DNA from: the human T2T-CHM13v2.0 reference genome, Homo sapiens
DNA: 64,000 bases
Strand: one strand, 5' to 3'
NCBI RefSeq assembly: GCF_009914755.1
Contig: NC_060932.1
Part shown: positions 1 to 16,749 of the stretch, piece after piece
How the letters are laid out: the number at the start of each line of letters is the position of its first letter
How positions within the stretch are numbered: the first letter of the stretch is position 1
The notes under the pieces: generated by a model
Database searches by the model: none
Seen by the model: the letters and a program-made list of their open reading frames with translations, nothing else
What the model was told of the DNA's origin: nothing
Made by a program: the position numbers and the translations under genes

Positions 1-71
1 GCTCTCTAGGGACTAATGAAGAGCCAAAAGAATCTACAACAATACCCCTTTCTTCTTGGTTTTAAAGGCTG

Positions 72-357
72 TTTTTTGTTTGAGATGCACTCTCACTCTG
101 TCGCCCAGGCTGGAGTGCAGTGGCTTGATTTCGGCTCACTTGCCTCCTGGGTTCAAGTGATTCTCATGCCTCAGACTCCCAAGTAGCTGGGATTACAGGT
201 GCCTGCCACCATACCCAGCTAATTTATTTTGTATTTTTAATAGAAACAGGGTTTCACCATGTTAGCCAGTCTGGTCTCGAACTCCTGACCTCAGGTGATC
301 CGCCAGCCTCGGCCTCCCAAAGTGCTGGATTAAAGGCATGAGCCGCTGCGCCCAGCC
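72..357 (-). mobile_element. Alu (AluS-type), small internal deletion
   Basis: T-rich tail then reverse-complement Alu (cactctgtcgcccaggctggagtgcagtgg ... gagccgctgcgcccagcc). Confidence 0.95.
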
Positions 358-492
358 AAGCTCATTGTTAAGGGCTCACCCTATCTGCCCTTCTCACTTG
401 GCTTCTTAGGGGTGGGAAGCTATCAGGTGGTGGGAGATGCAAAGAAAGGAATTCAAAAGCATTAACTGAATGTTTATAAAAGATATTCCTGC

Positions 493-900
<408 letters not shown>

Positions 901-1435
901 TCAAAATTGCCCAGTATTTTCGATAACAACTTTTTCTTGCCTCTCTCTGTGCAGCACCATGTCATCTTAACAGAAGACTGGGGTATTTGGTAACTTCTCC
1001 TTCCTCCTTAATGGAAGAACAGTCCTGGAAGTAAGTGACAGCTCTTGATCTCAGAAAGAAAGGGGATGGAGATGTCCCCCAGTATCACCCCATCATTTGA
1101 AATTTAGAGAAGGTTGTCCTATAAGTAGCTCGACAGACCTGACCCACCTCAAACAGTGCCCCAGTGGGTGGCAGGACCTCTGATGGAGCGGATGAGTGTC
1201 TGAGAACCTCAGAATGTAATAAATGGTCTAATAGGTTTGTTAGGACACTACAATGGCACAGAAGAGCAGCCCCTAGCCCCGCTGTATATCTCCATTTTTT
1301 TCAAAATAAGGAGAATAATATTTTGCAGGCAACAAAATCATGGGACAAAGTTGGCAAATGTTCTAAAAACAGAAATTGGATTAGTGAATCACATCACAGG
1401 ACTACTGTTCCAGGTTAGATACAAAGCACAATAAT

Positions 1436-1761
1436 TTGGTTTTGATTTTTGTCATTGTTGTTTGTTGTTTTGAGACAGGGCCTCTCTCTGTCTCCCGGGC
1501 TGGAGTGCAGTGGAAATCATCACAGCTCACTACAACCTCAAACTCCTGAGCTCAAGAGGATTCTCCCACCTCAGCCTCCTGAGCAACTAGGACTACAAGC
1601 ATGCACAACTACACTCAGCTAATTTTTAAATTTTTAGTAGGGATGAAGTCTCACTGTGTTGCTCAGGCTAGTCTTGAACTCCTGGCCTCAAGTGACAGTC
1701 ATACTTTGGCCTCCCAAAGTGCGACTGGTGGGATTACAGGTGTGGGCCACCACCCCCGGCC
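1436..1761 (-). mobile_element. Alu (AluJ-type, diverged)
   Basis: Reverse Alu with J-type features (cacagctcact, aactcctgagctcaag). Confidence 0.9.
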
Positions 1762-1791
1762 AAAGCAGAATAATTTGATAGGGACTTTTTT

Positions 1792-3875
<2,084 letters not shown>

Positions 3876-4932
3876 CTAATGACATCATTTTACATGTCAG
3901 TCACCAGGGATTCAAGATTCCATAGAGTTTAACCAGGACATTGCACCACAGAACTTTGGTCACAAACCCCTCATTCCGGAATTTAGAATCATTTAACATT
4001 GTCACAGGTGTGGTTTGAAAGAAGTCACCTATAAGCCCTCCCCTCCTGTGCACAGAACAGGCGGGAGCATTCTTGATTCTTAATTCCACCTCCTATGCCC
4101 CCCAACCCCCAGCCTTCTTCCAGGGCAAAGAGCGGGGAATCACTTTTTGCAAGGGAGAGCTAGGGGAACTCTGCATGATCATTTTTCTTTGATTACAGGA
4201 GGTATGGCTAGTGAATCTCGAACTTGCATTTCTCATCCCAGTTGTTAGGTTTCCAAGAGACCTTTTAGGCCTAGCATCTGAAACTTGTCACTCAAGGGAT
4301 ATGAACCTGTTTTATTGCAACAGCCCACTTTTTTTTTCTTAACATTCCAGACCCATGCTTATTTATCTACTTTAATTTTGAACTGAGTGATTGTAATCAA
4401 AGACTGTTCCAATTATACAGTTAAACTTTCTCTTAGATCCATAGACATTTTATGTGCAAAACAGAAAGAAAAAAAATTCAACCTGGTGTTAGTTTCCTAA
4501 AAGAAAACAACATATGATAAAAGGGAAATCAATTAAGAGGTTATTAAGAAAAGATTTTCTTGTATAAACGTTTTAATTTGTTATAATGTGGCATTAGTTT
4601 TTATATCATTCTTTCAGTGTAGTTTTCTTGTCTTATTTTAATGTCTATTTTATGGAAAGTTAAACAGTTTAATGCATCTTTCAAAGACGAAAGTTTCTCT
4701 GAAATGTTTATATTATTGTAAATGGATTTTGGTACTTTAATATGAACTCTCTGCTCTTGAATAGTCAGTGGTATTATTAAAACACTGTGGGGTTTTAGTT
4801 TGCCTACATTCAAGTGGTTATTCTTGCTCAAAATTTCAGATAAAGACATAAACGATAGTGGAAAATTGAAAGCAAAACATCTTCATGGAGATTTTATTAT
4901 TATTGCTAAGCAGAAAACATGAAGGGGCAAGA

Positions 4933-5230
4933 TTTTTTTTTTTTTTTTTTTTTTTGGTCAAGGTTTTGCTCTGTCACTCAGGCTGGAGTGCATTGACTGC
5001 AGCCTCAATTTCCTGCTTAAGGGAGGGCTCAAGTGATCCTCCCACCTCAGCCTCCTGAGTAGCTGGGACTACAGGTGTGCATCACCATGTCCAGCTAATT
5101 TTTGTATTTTTTGTAGAGATGGGGTTTCACCTTGTTGCCCAGGCTGATTTTGAACTCCTGAGCTCAAGCGTAATCCCACCTCAGCCTCCCAAAGTGCTGG
5201 AATTACAGGCATGAGCCACCATGACTGGCC
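4933..5230 (-). mobile_element. Alu (AluJ-type)
   Basis: Poly-T tail then reverse Alu ending atgagccaccatgactggcc. Confidence 0.92.
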
Positions 5231-5232
5231 GG

Positions 5233-5366
5233 GGATTTTTTAAGTGCAATCCTACATGAATCCTCTGACTAAAGTTCAAAATGTCTCAAAACTTTGAGTT
5301 TAGGATTGTTTAAGTGCAATTCTAAATGAATCCTCTGACTAAAATTCAAAATATCTCAAAACTTTG
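5233..5366. repeat. Two-copy tandem duplication, 70-bp period
   Basis: ttaagtgcaat.cta.atgaatcctctgactaaa.ttcaaaat.tctcaaaactttg at ~5240 and ~5310. Confidence 0.9.
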
Positions 5367-5489
5367 GAAGTGACCATAAAACTCAGGTGGCCCCAGCACA
5401 GGTTCCATCATGAATTACATGGGGTGAATACAACTGAACCAAAATGACACAAAGCATGACTCTCATCATGACAAAAAAATTTAAATAGG

Positions 5490-5928
<439 letters not shown>

Positions 5929-6169
5929 TCATGTGGGCAGCAAGATGTTGGGATAAAGCAGTAGTCGGTGCAAGCACAAAACTCAAAGAGAACCAGGACG
6001 AGCAGAGGTAGCAGAGGCCCCTCTCTGCCAAATCTTGTCAATAATGTATGGGCTGTCAGCGGTTTATCACTAGCAAGCCCCTCTCTCTCCTTGGGTAGGC
6101 TCCTTTCCCAGTGGACAGTCAGGCCAGCTGTCTAGGCAGCAGGAATAGCCCTCCTTTCCCAAGCCCAGA

Positions 6170-6450
6170 CCTGTGGGAAAATCTTCACTGGCCAGTAATT
6201 GATTCCACCCTGCCAGCTCCATTACTCTAGGCTGCAGTCACACTGGCAGCAAGCTGGGGAAGGGAGCCTGCTGCGGGCTGAGGGGTGGGAGCAAAGGCCC
6301 TCGAAGGCCGGGGGGCAGGGCGGGGGGGGGGGGGCTGCAATTAACACTAATCTGAAAATTGGCCTCTGACAGCAAAGCCCAGCACCTGACAGCTAATTAC
6401 TTGTGTCAGACTGATGTGCACTTCATATGGAAAGGTTATTTATCAGAGAC
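6170..6450. promoter_or_regulatory. Candidate developmental enhancer
   Basis: Repeat-free; TGTGGGAA 6172-6179, G-tracts 6309-6334, TGACAG 6367 and 6387, TAATTA 6394, TGTCA 6404, E-boxes CACCTG and CATATG. Confidence 0.4.
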
Positions 6451-7039
6451 CAGGGTTTTCTCTCCCCTCCCCTCTTTTATTTCTGTTTGTCTTGCTGAAA
6501 ACAGTGGGGAATTGTTCCTGGTTGCTTAGATCCTGGAAACCCTGAAAGTTCTCATACTTTACTTAACTGAAAGGCTCCTAAAGAACTTATCTAAGACCTG
6601 ATGCACGAGGGCTGTGCTGCTCACCTGTGCTGGAGACCAGAGAAAAATGTAGGTATCCAAGACAGTGGGCCTCATTTCCTTTTGCAAATGGAACCAAAGT
6701 TATGGAGACACATGCAATTCAAATAATCAGTGTAGAAACAATAAAAAATTCCAAAGGGGTCAGACCAATTTCATTTATCTAATTTTCAAAAAGCCAATCC
6801 ATAGTGGGGAAGATAAATAAATGGCTTAGTTTGCAAGTGAAATTGAAAAGCCTGTTGTCTTTAATCATTTTAATATATTTTCTCTAATCCTCGTATAGCT
6901 ATATTGTCTATGTGACACACACAGTTATATTGTCTTTATGTTGTTGATTTCATCTGTCTTGCCAAAAATTAAAGTGGTTATCAATGAGGGAGAGGAATTT
7001 ATACGAGACTTTCTCCTTCTACCTTATATTTTCAGTTGA

Positions 7040-7430
7040 CAACATTTTTTGAGCACCAACTATTTTATGCCAGGCAGTCTTCCGGGTCCTGAGCATACGA
7101 AATAAACCTATTTCTTGCTCTTTGGAGACTTAAGGTTTGGAAAGGAACACAGATAAGTAAGGAAATTACAATGTAGCATGATACACTTTAGATAAAGGGT
7201 GAAATACACAATTTGGAAGCACCTAAAACTGGACCTAACCTAAATTTGTGTGGTACAGAGAGGGGCCCCTGGGCTGAGCTCTGAAGAATAAACAGGAGTT
7301 AGGCAGGCAGAGGAGGGTGTGTGTGTCAATGGAGGATAAAGATAAAGGAAATGTCATGTACACAAAACCTGACATGAGAGAGAATTCAGCAGGGTTGAAG
7401 CCTAGAGCAGACATGACCCAGATGAGGCTG
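7040..7430 (-). mobile_element. L2 fragment
   Basis: ttgagcaccaacta...tgccaggca...ttgctcttttggagacttaaggt resembles reverse L2 3' region. Confidence 0.6.
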
Positions 7431-7785
7431 ATAATTAAAGCACATGGTTAATTTGTCCCAAGGTTTTCCAAGCAGAAATTACAAGGCTTGTAGTTTAATG
7501 AACTTTTCACTATTTGTTCTTACTATCCTTTCATTCAAACTGACCCCCAGCTCAGGTACCTAAGTATTGGACAAGACTATGCCAGAGAAAACCCAGTGCC
7601 ATTGAGAAGCAACAAGGTTTATTGGCTATTAGAGCAGAAATCAGAAGACCTGGGAGATTGGACAGCTACAGGTTTGTTTGGTTTTGTTGTTGTTGTTGTT
7701 TTGTCCATCAAGCACCCATCTTTCCAACGGGACTCTCTCCCCTACCCCACGTGAGTCTGGGTTTTTGTAAGAATTGATTTATTTA

Positions 7786-8330
<545 letters not shown>

Positions 8331-8449
8331 GCATGAAACTGTTATGAAAACTCTGTGTAATAACTAAAAAGAAAAGATATTGTCATTAAGATAACCATAA
8401 TATAAAGTAATGAGAAAAAGACAGAGGAAAGAAAGGCACATCAGTCAAG

Positions 8450-8640
8450 TTCTTGCCATGTGTCTGGTACTGGGATAATGCCCATGTGGTCTGTGTCACT
8501 GGTTTCTCATAACAAACTTATGAGGGTGTTATTTCCCTGACTTTGCAAAGCAAGTTACTGAGATTCTAAAGAGCTAAATAACTTGCTCAAGGCCGGCCAG
8601 CTAGCAAAGGATGAAATGGCAAGGCTGGGCCAAGCTTGGC
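8450..8640 (-). mobile_element. MIR
   Basis: Reverse MIR core: actgagattctaaagagctaaataacttgctcaaggcc. Confidence 0.7.
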
Positions 8641-10699
8641 AGCTTCCCTCCATCCCTCCCAACTGAGAATGCAACCCCCTCACACCCACAGTGGACTTCA
8701 TTCTTTAGGACTGGGGAACTAGTTCACTCCCAGGCAAGGGACCATATCTAGCACCAGAGCAAAACTGACTGGTATGTTCTGTGGCTCCTGCAGGCTGCCT
8801 TTACCAATTTAGTAAAATTTATCAACTTACATCATCTTGGGACAAATATTTATCCTTTCCTGGGTACCATTTTTCATAGGACCCAGTAGACATTAGGACA
8901 CAAATGTAGTTTCTATCCCAGCCTTTATACTGCATCTACCACCCAGGAAGTCAGGCCCTTTAAGAAGTGTGGTATTAAATCTAGAACAACTCATCAAACT
9001 GACAGTTTTGAAAGATAGAGAAGTTGCTAACAAAGCAGAAGGGCAGGCTATTTGGTGTTTCTGAAAACAGGAAATCAGAGGAATAGACCAAAAAGAAAAA
9101 CGAGTTTGCAAACAGGTGTCCTATCATACAAGTGTTGCAGGCATACTGCACACTTGTTGGTTTCAGATGGGCCCTGAATGGCAGAATTATTACTGTACAG
9201 TCAGTATGCCTGATTATTATTTAGGAAGCATTATGGTTTCAATAGTCATGACCAAGTCTCTGGGTACCATCAGGAAATAACTCTACTTGAAATAAGTGAT
9301 GAGCAGAGAGAAGCAGTAGTCTAGCTCAGACCAAACACCTGATGAAAGAAAGCCACCTCACACTCTGTGTGATGCTCAACGGTCCCCAGTACTGAAGTTT
9401 TCTCATGGCGCCAAGCCCATAGCTCCAACTCGAGTGACCCCTGAGCTGGTGCTCTTGTCAAGACCATGTCAGCAGCAGCTTCTGGAAACCGCAGGCACTG
9501 TGATCTCTGTCCATAACAGATCATTATGTTTGGGCTTTCTAATCACCCACTTGGAGGACAGAAAGAGAACACTAACCAGAGTGACCAGGCTGAGGCCTGC
9601 ACTTGGCCTTCTGCTCCCGCTTGGAGGCCGCCTCCCCACAAAGGGTTTTTTTAGGAACTTCAATGGAAACAGATAGTCTCTTGGCCCCAAGTGAGGTCTC
9701 CATTCCATAGCTCCTGCTGTCTGTTTAGCATGAAACCCAAGCATGTGACACATTCACATCCTCTTGTGTTTTCTAAATGCTTCTGTAGTCATCATTGAAA
9801 ATGCTTAAACCTTATCAAAGTCCTATTTTTCCTTCATCTGTCTGTCATTAAATATATTTTTATTTTTAGCTAAGTAAAAGAAAACAAAAGACCTCTAGTG
9901 CCAAGAATGAACATGATTTTTTAAGCTTTGACTTGGTTTTTGAGGTGATTTCCTATCAATTTTTTTATAAAGGAAAAAATGGTATGATTTTTGATGAAAG
10001 GACAGGCTATACCATCTGTTTTATAAACAAAGGATTCCTGTTTTGGTCTTCTCAGAAGTGCTTTTTTTTTTCATAATAAACAGTGCCTAACACCAGCTTC
10101 CTTCTAAGCATGTAGTTTCCAGCAAGCCAGCCCATGGAATGGCCAAGAGCATGGAATGCCAATATGCCCACCTGGCTCCCACCACCAATTTCCATTCCCC
10201 TCTGCTTACCACATATCACAAAACCATATGTTTGCCCAGGACCCCAAAATATTTCTGCATGAGGGGTTCCCCATACAGCCCTCTGGATTGCTGGAAATCG
10301 GCCATCGCTCTCAAAGCTTCCGAAGTCCCTGGCCACCATCAGAGTGCACCTCTGAGCCGAGTGACACCTGCTCTCTGCCTGTCTGGATGGGTAGAAACCT
10401 GCTGTGAGATCATTGGCATGGTGGAAGACCCCCAGAAAACTCCCTTCACCAAATGCTAGGCAGGTGGGCACCATGACCACAGCTCCAGGGGCCCACTTGG
10501 AGCACTACATTCAAAATCATTGTCATCCAAAAAAAAACAAAAAGAGTATTTTGGCAGCCCGAAACATAAACTCTCATCAAGCTTAATAGAGAATTATTAT
10601 AAAGACAGGTTTTATTTCAATTCTCATTTGGCCATATTCTGATCTCTTTGGGGCCTATTTGGCACCCATTGACAACATGAAAATTGTTTCACCTGGAAT

Positions 10700-11350
10700 T
10701 GCCTTTCTTAAGCGAAATTCATCGCACCAAGAAGCTAATTTACAGATCAACATTTTCTTAAGCATGAAGATGGTTTTAAAACAGTAACTATCGCTTTGGC
10801 TTATATGGTACTTATTCCAACAAAGAGAAATGCACATCTTTCATAATCATTATCTGGCACTAACTGGTATGCAAATTCCCCTCCCACCCCTGGAGTACAC
10901 GGAGTTGCATGCTGCACAGCTGTGAGTCATCAGACATTAATGTAGACTTAATTTGAACTGGTGCTGGAGGTAGTGGGCACAACTCAAATTAGACATGTGG
11001 TGGGCGTTTAACCACAATATTACCAATTCCCATTCTGACATCTGACAGCCCTTAATAATTAACTGCATGTAAATGGTCAAGACTTCCCTCCCTGTTGGAC
11101 CAGTCTCCAGCTATACCAGTCTCTGCATTGTAATTGCTAGTTGGGGCTGTCAATTGCACTTGAGACAAATCATAGGCAAGAGATCAGACAGCTTCAGGAG
11201 CCCTGCGTTCTCTGATCTATCTGCCTTTTAATTGCACTGGAAAGCCTTCCCAGCAGCTCCCATATGCTGCTTCTTTAGAAAGATATAATATTCTCTCTGG
11301 ATAAGAGGAAAATTTGTTGTGCTTTGAGGCTTAATTGGAGGTTTTTGTGA
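10700..11350. promoter_or_regulatory. Candidate developmental enhancer
   Basis: Repeat-free; octamer ATGCAAAT 10869, AP-1 TGAGTCA 10923, TGACAG 11043, TAATTA 11056, ATGTAAAT 11067, several TAATT(G/A) cores. Confidence 0.4.
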
Positions 11351-13330
11351 TGGGACTTGCTGGGTTCTTTAGAACACACCAGGCAGGCATGTTGCCCCAG
11401 ACTCTCACCTTACTTCTCCGCCTCTGAATTCTCATCTTTATCTAACTTCTCTTCCTTCTCCTTCGAAACTATCTTATTCAGATTTGAGCCCGAGTCACAG
11501 GGCTTCTTTTAAGTCTTCCATTGAACAATGATTGGAGTGCTCTGAAAATCAAAGGAAAATATCACATGGCAGAGATGATCAAACCCAGAACTATAAGCCC
11601 ATTATCTCTTGAAAAAATGATACCACATTCAAACTTGGAAGCCCGTGAGCAAAACGTTGTACTGTTTCTGCTCAGCCAAGCTCAGGTCCTAAAGCTGGGT
11701 TTGTCTTTCTTGGACAACACAAAGATTCAATTAATTATGCAGGAATGTATGATTGTTCACAAAAAGATCATTATACCTATTAGTAAAGGAAACCTCGACT
11801 GGTGATGGGTGCAGCCCACGTACTGTAGCCCGTATTCCACATAGGAACTAACGACACAATTACACTTACAATCGACATTTATGTAATGTATATAGAAACA
11901 GAAGTGTCTTTTACTTTTGTATTATGGTTTAAAAACAAGCATTTACTAAACAAACAAATAACATAAAACTGATTATAGAATTTATAAAACAAGTAAAAAC
12001 ATGAAGTTTTCAGTGTTGTGAAGTTATTTGATATGCCATTTAAGAATAGTTGATATGGCAATTATGAAGTTTGTTCTCTTTTTAGTAAAACAGATCCTCT
12101 AAAAACTCGTTCTAAATAGTATTTTATTACTCTAGTTGGATGCTCTTCAAAACATTAAATTTGAACTTGTTTTGTAAGAATCTAAAATTCAGGCTGGATA
12201 TGTCAACTTAGGCTGCAGCAGAAGGTTTTACGGTGGAGCAGGAGGATATCTCACTCCAGCTGCTAGGAAACAGAGAAACAAGCCTGATATTATGTGTTAA
12301 ATAGTAAGTAAGTAAACAATTAACGTGGCTGTCAGGCTCTGTCTGTGTTCTTAATCCTGTATTCACCCCACAGGCTGAGAAGGCACACTCAGAGAATCAG
12401 CCCAGCTACAACCTAATGGAATAAAAATGAGCTAAGAGGAAACAGGAGCAAGAAACAAATGCATTAAAGAGAGAGAGAAAAAAGAGAGCAATATTCTCTA
12501 AAAATCATCATGTATATTTGTACACAAAATACACAAAGCAAATAGATGTGAGGGCCCTTGGAATTTAATATATGGCTGTGTCCTGGTCATTTCTCTGTCA
12601 CAGAAAAAAAATAAGCCCTTTCAAAGCCCTGGTCTGAAGGAAGAGCTAACATCAAACAACCTCAGAATAACCAGGAGATTAAAGCCTGACGCTATTCAAC
12701 TTCCTGCCTTGTAACTAACTAATCTCCTTAGAGATGGAAGAAGACGAGGAGCCGCCATTGTATCAGAAAAGCTTTCCGGATCAGAGGCAGCAGCAGCGTG
12801 GCGTATTAAAAGGAGCACAGGACCAGGAGTAAGAGGACTTGCACTGCTGCCCCTCCTAGGTCAGCCCCCCAGAATCCTGTGCAGCCCACACGTCCCCTCT
12901 CTAGAGGTTAACTCGATGGCCATCCCCCCACACGGCTCCCCTGCTCAGCACACCTGGGAGTAGCCTTTGACACAGTCAGCGCGGAGGAAAGGCTTTCTGG
13001 CAGAGGAAGAACTCGGCACCATTTCAAAGGCTCCTTGCAGCCGCCTTCTACCGACCACTCATGAGGCCAAGGGCACCTCTAACATTTGCGTGACTCTCGA
13101 CTGTTCCCTAGACTCCATCTTTAACCGCTAGTTTCTAAGCAATCCCCGGTCCTGCCAGCTCCCGGGTCTGGCTCTCCTTTTGTTCCATTCCCAGTCTAGC
13201 CTTGGCAGTTCCTGGTCCTGGCCTCAGATGTCCGCCATAATTCAGGGGCCTGGCATGGCAACAGTACTTTAACTAGAAACCTAGAAGTATTTTGGAAAAT
13301 GACTATGAGCAAATATGAGAGGGTAAAGCC

Positions 13331-13385
13331 ACTTCCACAAACCAGTAATGCTGACCCAACTTCCACAAACTAGTAATGCTGACCA
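13331..13385. repeat. Two-copy tandem duplication, 28-bp unit
   Basis: acttccacaaac(c/t)agtaatgctgacc repeated directly. Confidence 0.9.
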
Positions 13386-13784
13386 ACAGACACAGCTTTC
13401 TGTTATTTGGTGAAACTTAGGAGAAATTTTGCAGAAAGTTTTAATACCGCTCCTGCCCAGGCCCCCTCCAGAAAAAGTCAGATCTGTTTATCAGTCAGTC
13501 TTACATTCATAACCAGCTTATGAAACTGGGGATATTATTAATATTTAAACTAAAAAAGGTAGTATCTGCAAATACTCACCTTGCAGTACCCTCAAATACT
13601 CAGTACATCACAAAAAGTAAACTACAATATTATAATGTACTCAAAACCACCCAAAAGGTACTGATCTACACAGTGAAAAAATACTGATGAGTTATAAAAG
13701 CAAATATATCATCAAAACCTAGGGACTAATATTCCAAGGTAATGTACCATTGAAACAGAACCATAAGAATAATCATATTCTGCC

Positions 13785-14114
13785 ATATATATATATATAT
13801 ATTCACACACACACTTTTTTTTTTCTTTTTTTGACACAGAGTCTGGCTCTGTCATCGAGGCTGAAGTGCAGTGGCATGATCTTGGCTCACTGCAAGCTAT
13901 GCCTGCTGGGCTCAAGCCACTCTCCCACCTCAGCCTCCAAGTAGCTGGGACTGCAGATATGGGTCACCACACCCAGCTAATTTTTGGTATTTTTTGTAGA
14001 GATGGGGTTTTGGCATGTTGCTCAAGCTGGTTTCAAACTCCTGAGCCCAAGCAATCCACTCGCCTCAGCCTCCCAAAGTGTTGGGATTACAGGCGTGAAC
14101 CACCGTATCCGGCC
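13785..14114 (-). mobile_element. Alu (AluJ-type) with adjacent (TA)n/(CA)n microsatellite
   Basis: (ta)n(ca)n at 13785-13813, poly-T, reverse Alu ending ccaccgtatccggcc. Confidence 0.92.
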
Positions 14115-14195
14115 CTATATATTTTATAGTTAAAATATCCTAACCACTCTGTCTCCTCTCCATCCCCCAACTGAATTCTATGCAAAGTCATAATC

Positions 14196-14485
14196 TTTTT
14201 TTTTTTTTTTTTTTTTTAGACAGGGTCTCTGTCACCCAGGCTGGAGTACAGTGGCACGATCCCGGCTCACTGCAACTTCTGCCTCCGGGGTTAAAACAAT
14301 TCTCCTGCCTCATAGCTGGGTTTACAGGCATCTGCCACTATGCCCAGCTAATTTTTTTTATTTTTAGTAGAGACGGGGTTTCACCATGTTGGCCAGGCTG
14401 GTCTTGAACTCCTGACCTCAGGTGATCCAACTGCCTCACCCTCCCAAAGTGCTGGGATTACAGGCGTGAGCCACCGTGCCTGGCC
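14196..14485 (-). mobile_element. Alu (AluS-type)
   Basis: Poly-T then reverse Alu ending gagccaccgtgcctggcc. Confidence 0.94.
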
Positions 14486-14574
14486 TTCATAATCTTCTTT
14501 CTGTTTGTTATTTTTCAAAAAACAGGCAATCACTTGAACAATAATACGAAGATTGCAAATATTCACCAAGCAGA

Positions 14575-14670
14575 ATTTAGCACAAGGAATTTAGCACAAT
14601 GAATGCCTGTTGAGTGATGAATAGATGAATAAATGAATGAATGAATGAATGAGCAGACAAATGAATAAAA
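14575..14670 (+). mobile_element. L2 3' tail with (TGAA)n
   Basis: ttagcacaatgaatgcctgttgagtg...tgaatgaatgaatgaatg. Confidence 0.55.
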
Positions 14671-15599
14671 ATTCAACTCTTGTGATTGCTGCTGAAAAAA
14701 TTCAGAACCAGAATCTGATCTATTTTTTTTTAAACATCTGGTAGTTCAGAAGACTTGCCTCAGTGTAAGGTGGCATTTAAATGATAGTCCAGAACTATTT
14801 TCAAAGTGAACAGAAATGTATGATTCAGGTTCATTTTAAAAGTCAAACTAGTTTGACCAGGTTGGCTCTTTTCTTCCCGTGCACTTGACTCCTGCGCTCT
14901 TGGCGCTGGAAGTGATTAAGAGGTGTGAGCCATCCCACTGGAGCTGCTGTTTGTTCACAGTGATGACCCTGGAGGCCGCCAGGCTGTTTCTCTAGGCAAC
15001 CAAACTTACAAAGAACTCAAGGAGGCAAACTCTTGATTATACTGTAATGCTTTCAGAAGCAACATAAGGCTTCTCTTGAAAATGTCTTTGTGCTCTATTT
15101 TTTTTTTTATTAAAACTTTAAAGTCAGTGGCTCCAAGTAGAAACAATGAAGAGCCTACCTCCCACCTCACTAGAGTCATTTATGGACCCAAGAAAGAAAG
15201 GCAGGGGGGCAGCATTCTGAGCATGTATTCATTTTATTAGACACCCTGAACCATGGAAAAGCCAGATCAGTGAGAATGCACATAGTGCTCACCTTTTCCC
15301 CAATTCCCCCAGTTCCTCAGTTTGCTGCTTCGTTTATGCCTTCTATGTCATGAACGATTAGGTTTCACTTCTAATACTTTCTTCCCACAGCATCAAACAT
15401 GTCTTGTTTTGTTTTCACTTTTTTTCCTTCAGATTCAACGGTTTCTGTCAATATACTGATAAAAACAACAGCACAAACACTAGCTGTATAAGTAAATATA
15501 CAGTTAAGATTTTACCTTAAAGCAATATACCTTCTAAATTGTCCAAGGAGCACCTTTTGGCTTAAAGTAGATTACATTACCACATTGTCCCCATAGCAG

Positions 15600-15830
15600 A
15601 GGGAGGAGTATAAACTCTTAGCCCATTAGAGCTGGTTTGGAATTGCACCTCTAGGACTGACTGACTGTGTGATCTCAGGTGTTATTTAATTACTGTATGC
15701 CTTTGTTTCTTCATCAATAAAATAAAGATAATACCTATGTGAAAGAGCTAATAAGTGTTAAATGAATAACATAAAGGAGGAGCAGAGAGCAATACTGATA
15801 CATGACAGGCATTTAATTAATACTACTAAC
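15600..15830 (+). mobile_element. MIR
   Basis: gactgtgtgatctcaggtg...tgcctttgtttcttcatcaataaaataaagataata core. Confidence 0.7.
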
Positions 15831-16306
15831 ATACTACTGTAAGTCAACTACAGACTTTGAAAAGTATCAAGTCCTAAGCAAATATAAGACACTATTAATG
15901 ACTGTATGCTTGGGTTTGGGGAAGCAAGCAGTGTAAAGAGTTGCCATTCTGAATTTTGAAACATACACACAATAATAACATCGAGCTATGCAAATAGATC
16001 GATGAAACACAGTAGTCCAGAAATAATCCAAAAAGAAAAGTATTTTCAAGAAATATTTGTTGGAGCAGATGAAAATCAGTATGAGGAAACATAAATTGTG
16101 ATCCCTCTTTTATTCTGTTACAAAAATTAATTCAAGATGGATCATACACCTAAATATAAATCCGAGAACTGTGAAGCATCCAGAAGAAAACATAGAATAT
16201 CTTTACAACCTTGAGGTAGACAGAAGTTTTTTAGACTATATACAAAAAACACTAACCAAAAAAAAAAAAAAATTATGCCAGACTGCAGTAAAATTAAAAA
16301 TTGAAT

Positions 16307-16613
<307 letters not shown>

Positions 16614-16749
16614 ATATACATATATGTATATAAATGTAAAAAATTTGTTCATTAAAAAGCACCATTAAGAAAATGAACAGACAAACCACAGAGTAGGAAA
16701 GGTAATTGAATACATAAACCTAATTTTTAAATTATATCTAGAATATATA

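Noticed and set aside
4601-4849. 82-aa minus-strand ORF in AT-rich unique DNA
   Set aside because: No recognisable domain or splice context; consistent with a chance ORF
10052-10586. Overlapping ORFs of up to 142 aa on both strands
   Set aside because: No recognisable homology or exon structure
12840-12910. CTCF-like motifs (gcactgctgcccctcctagg; cccctctctagagg)
   Set aside because: Core mismatches or a missing G relative to the consensus; not supportable without ChIP data
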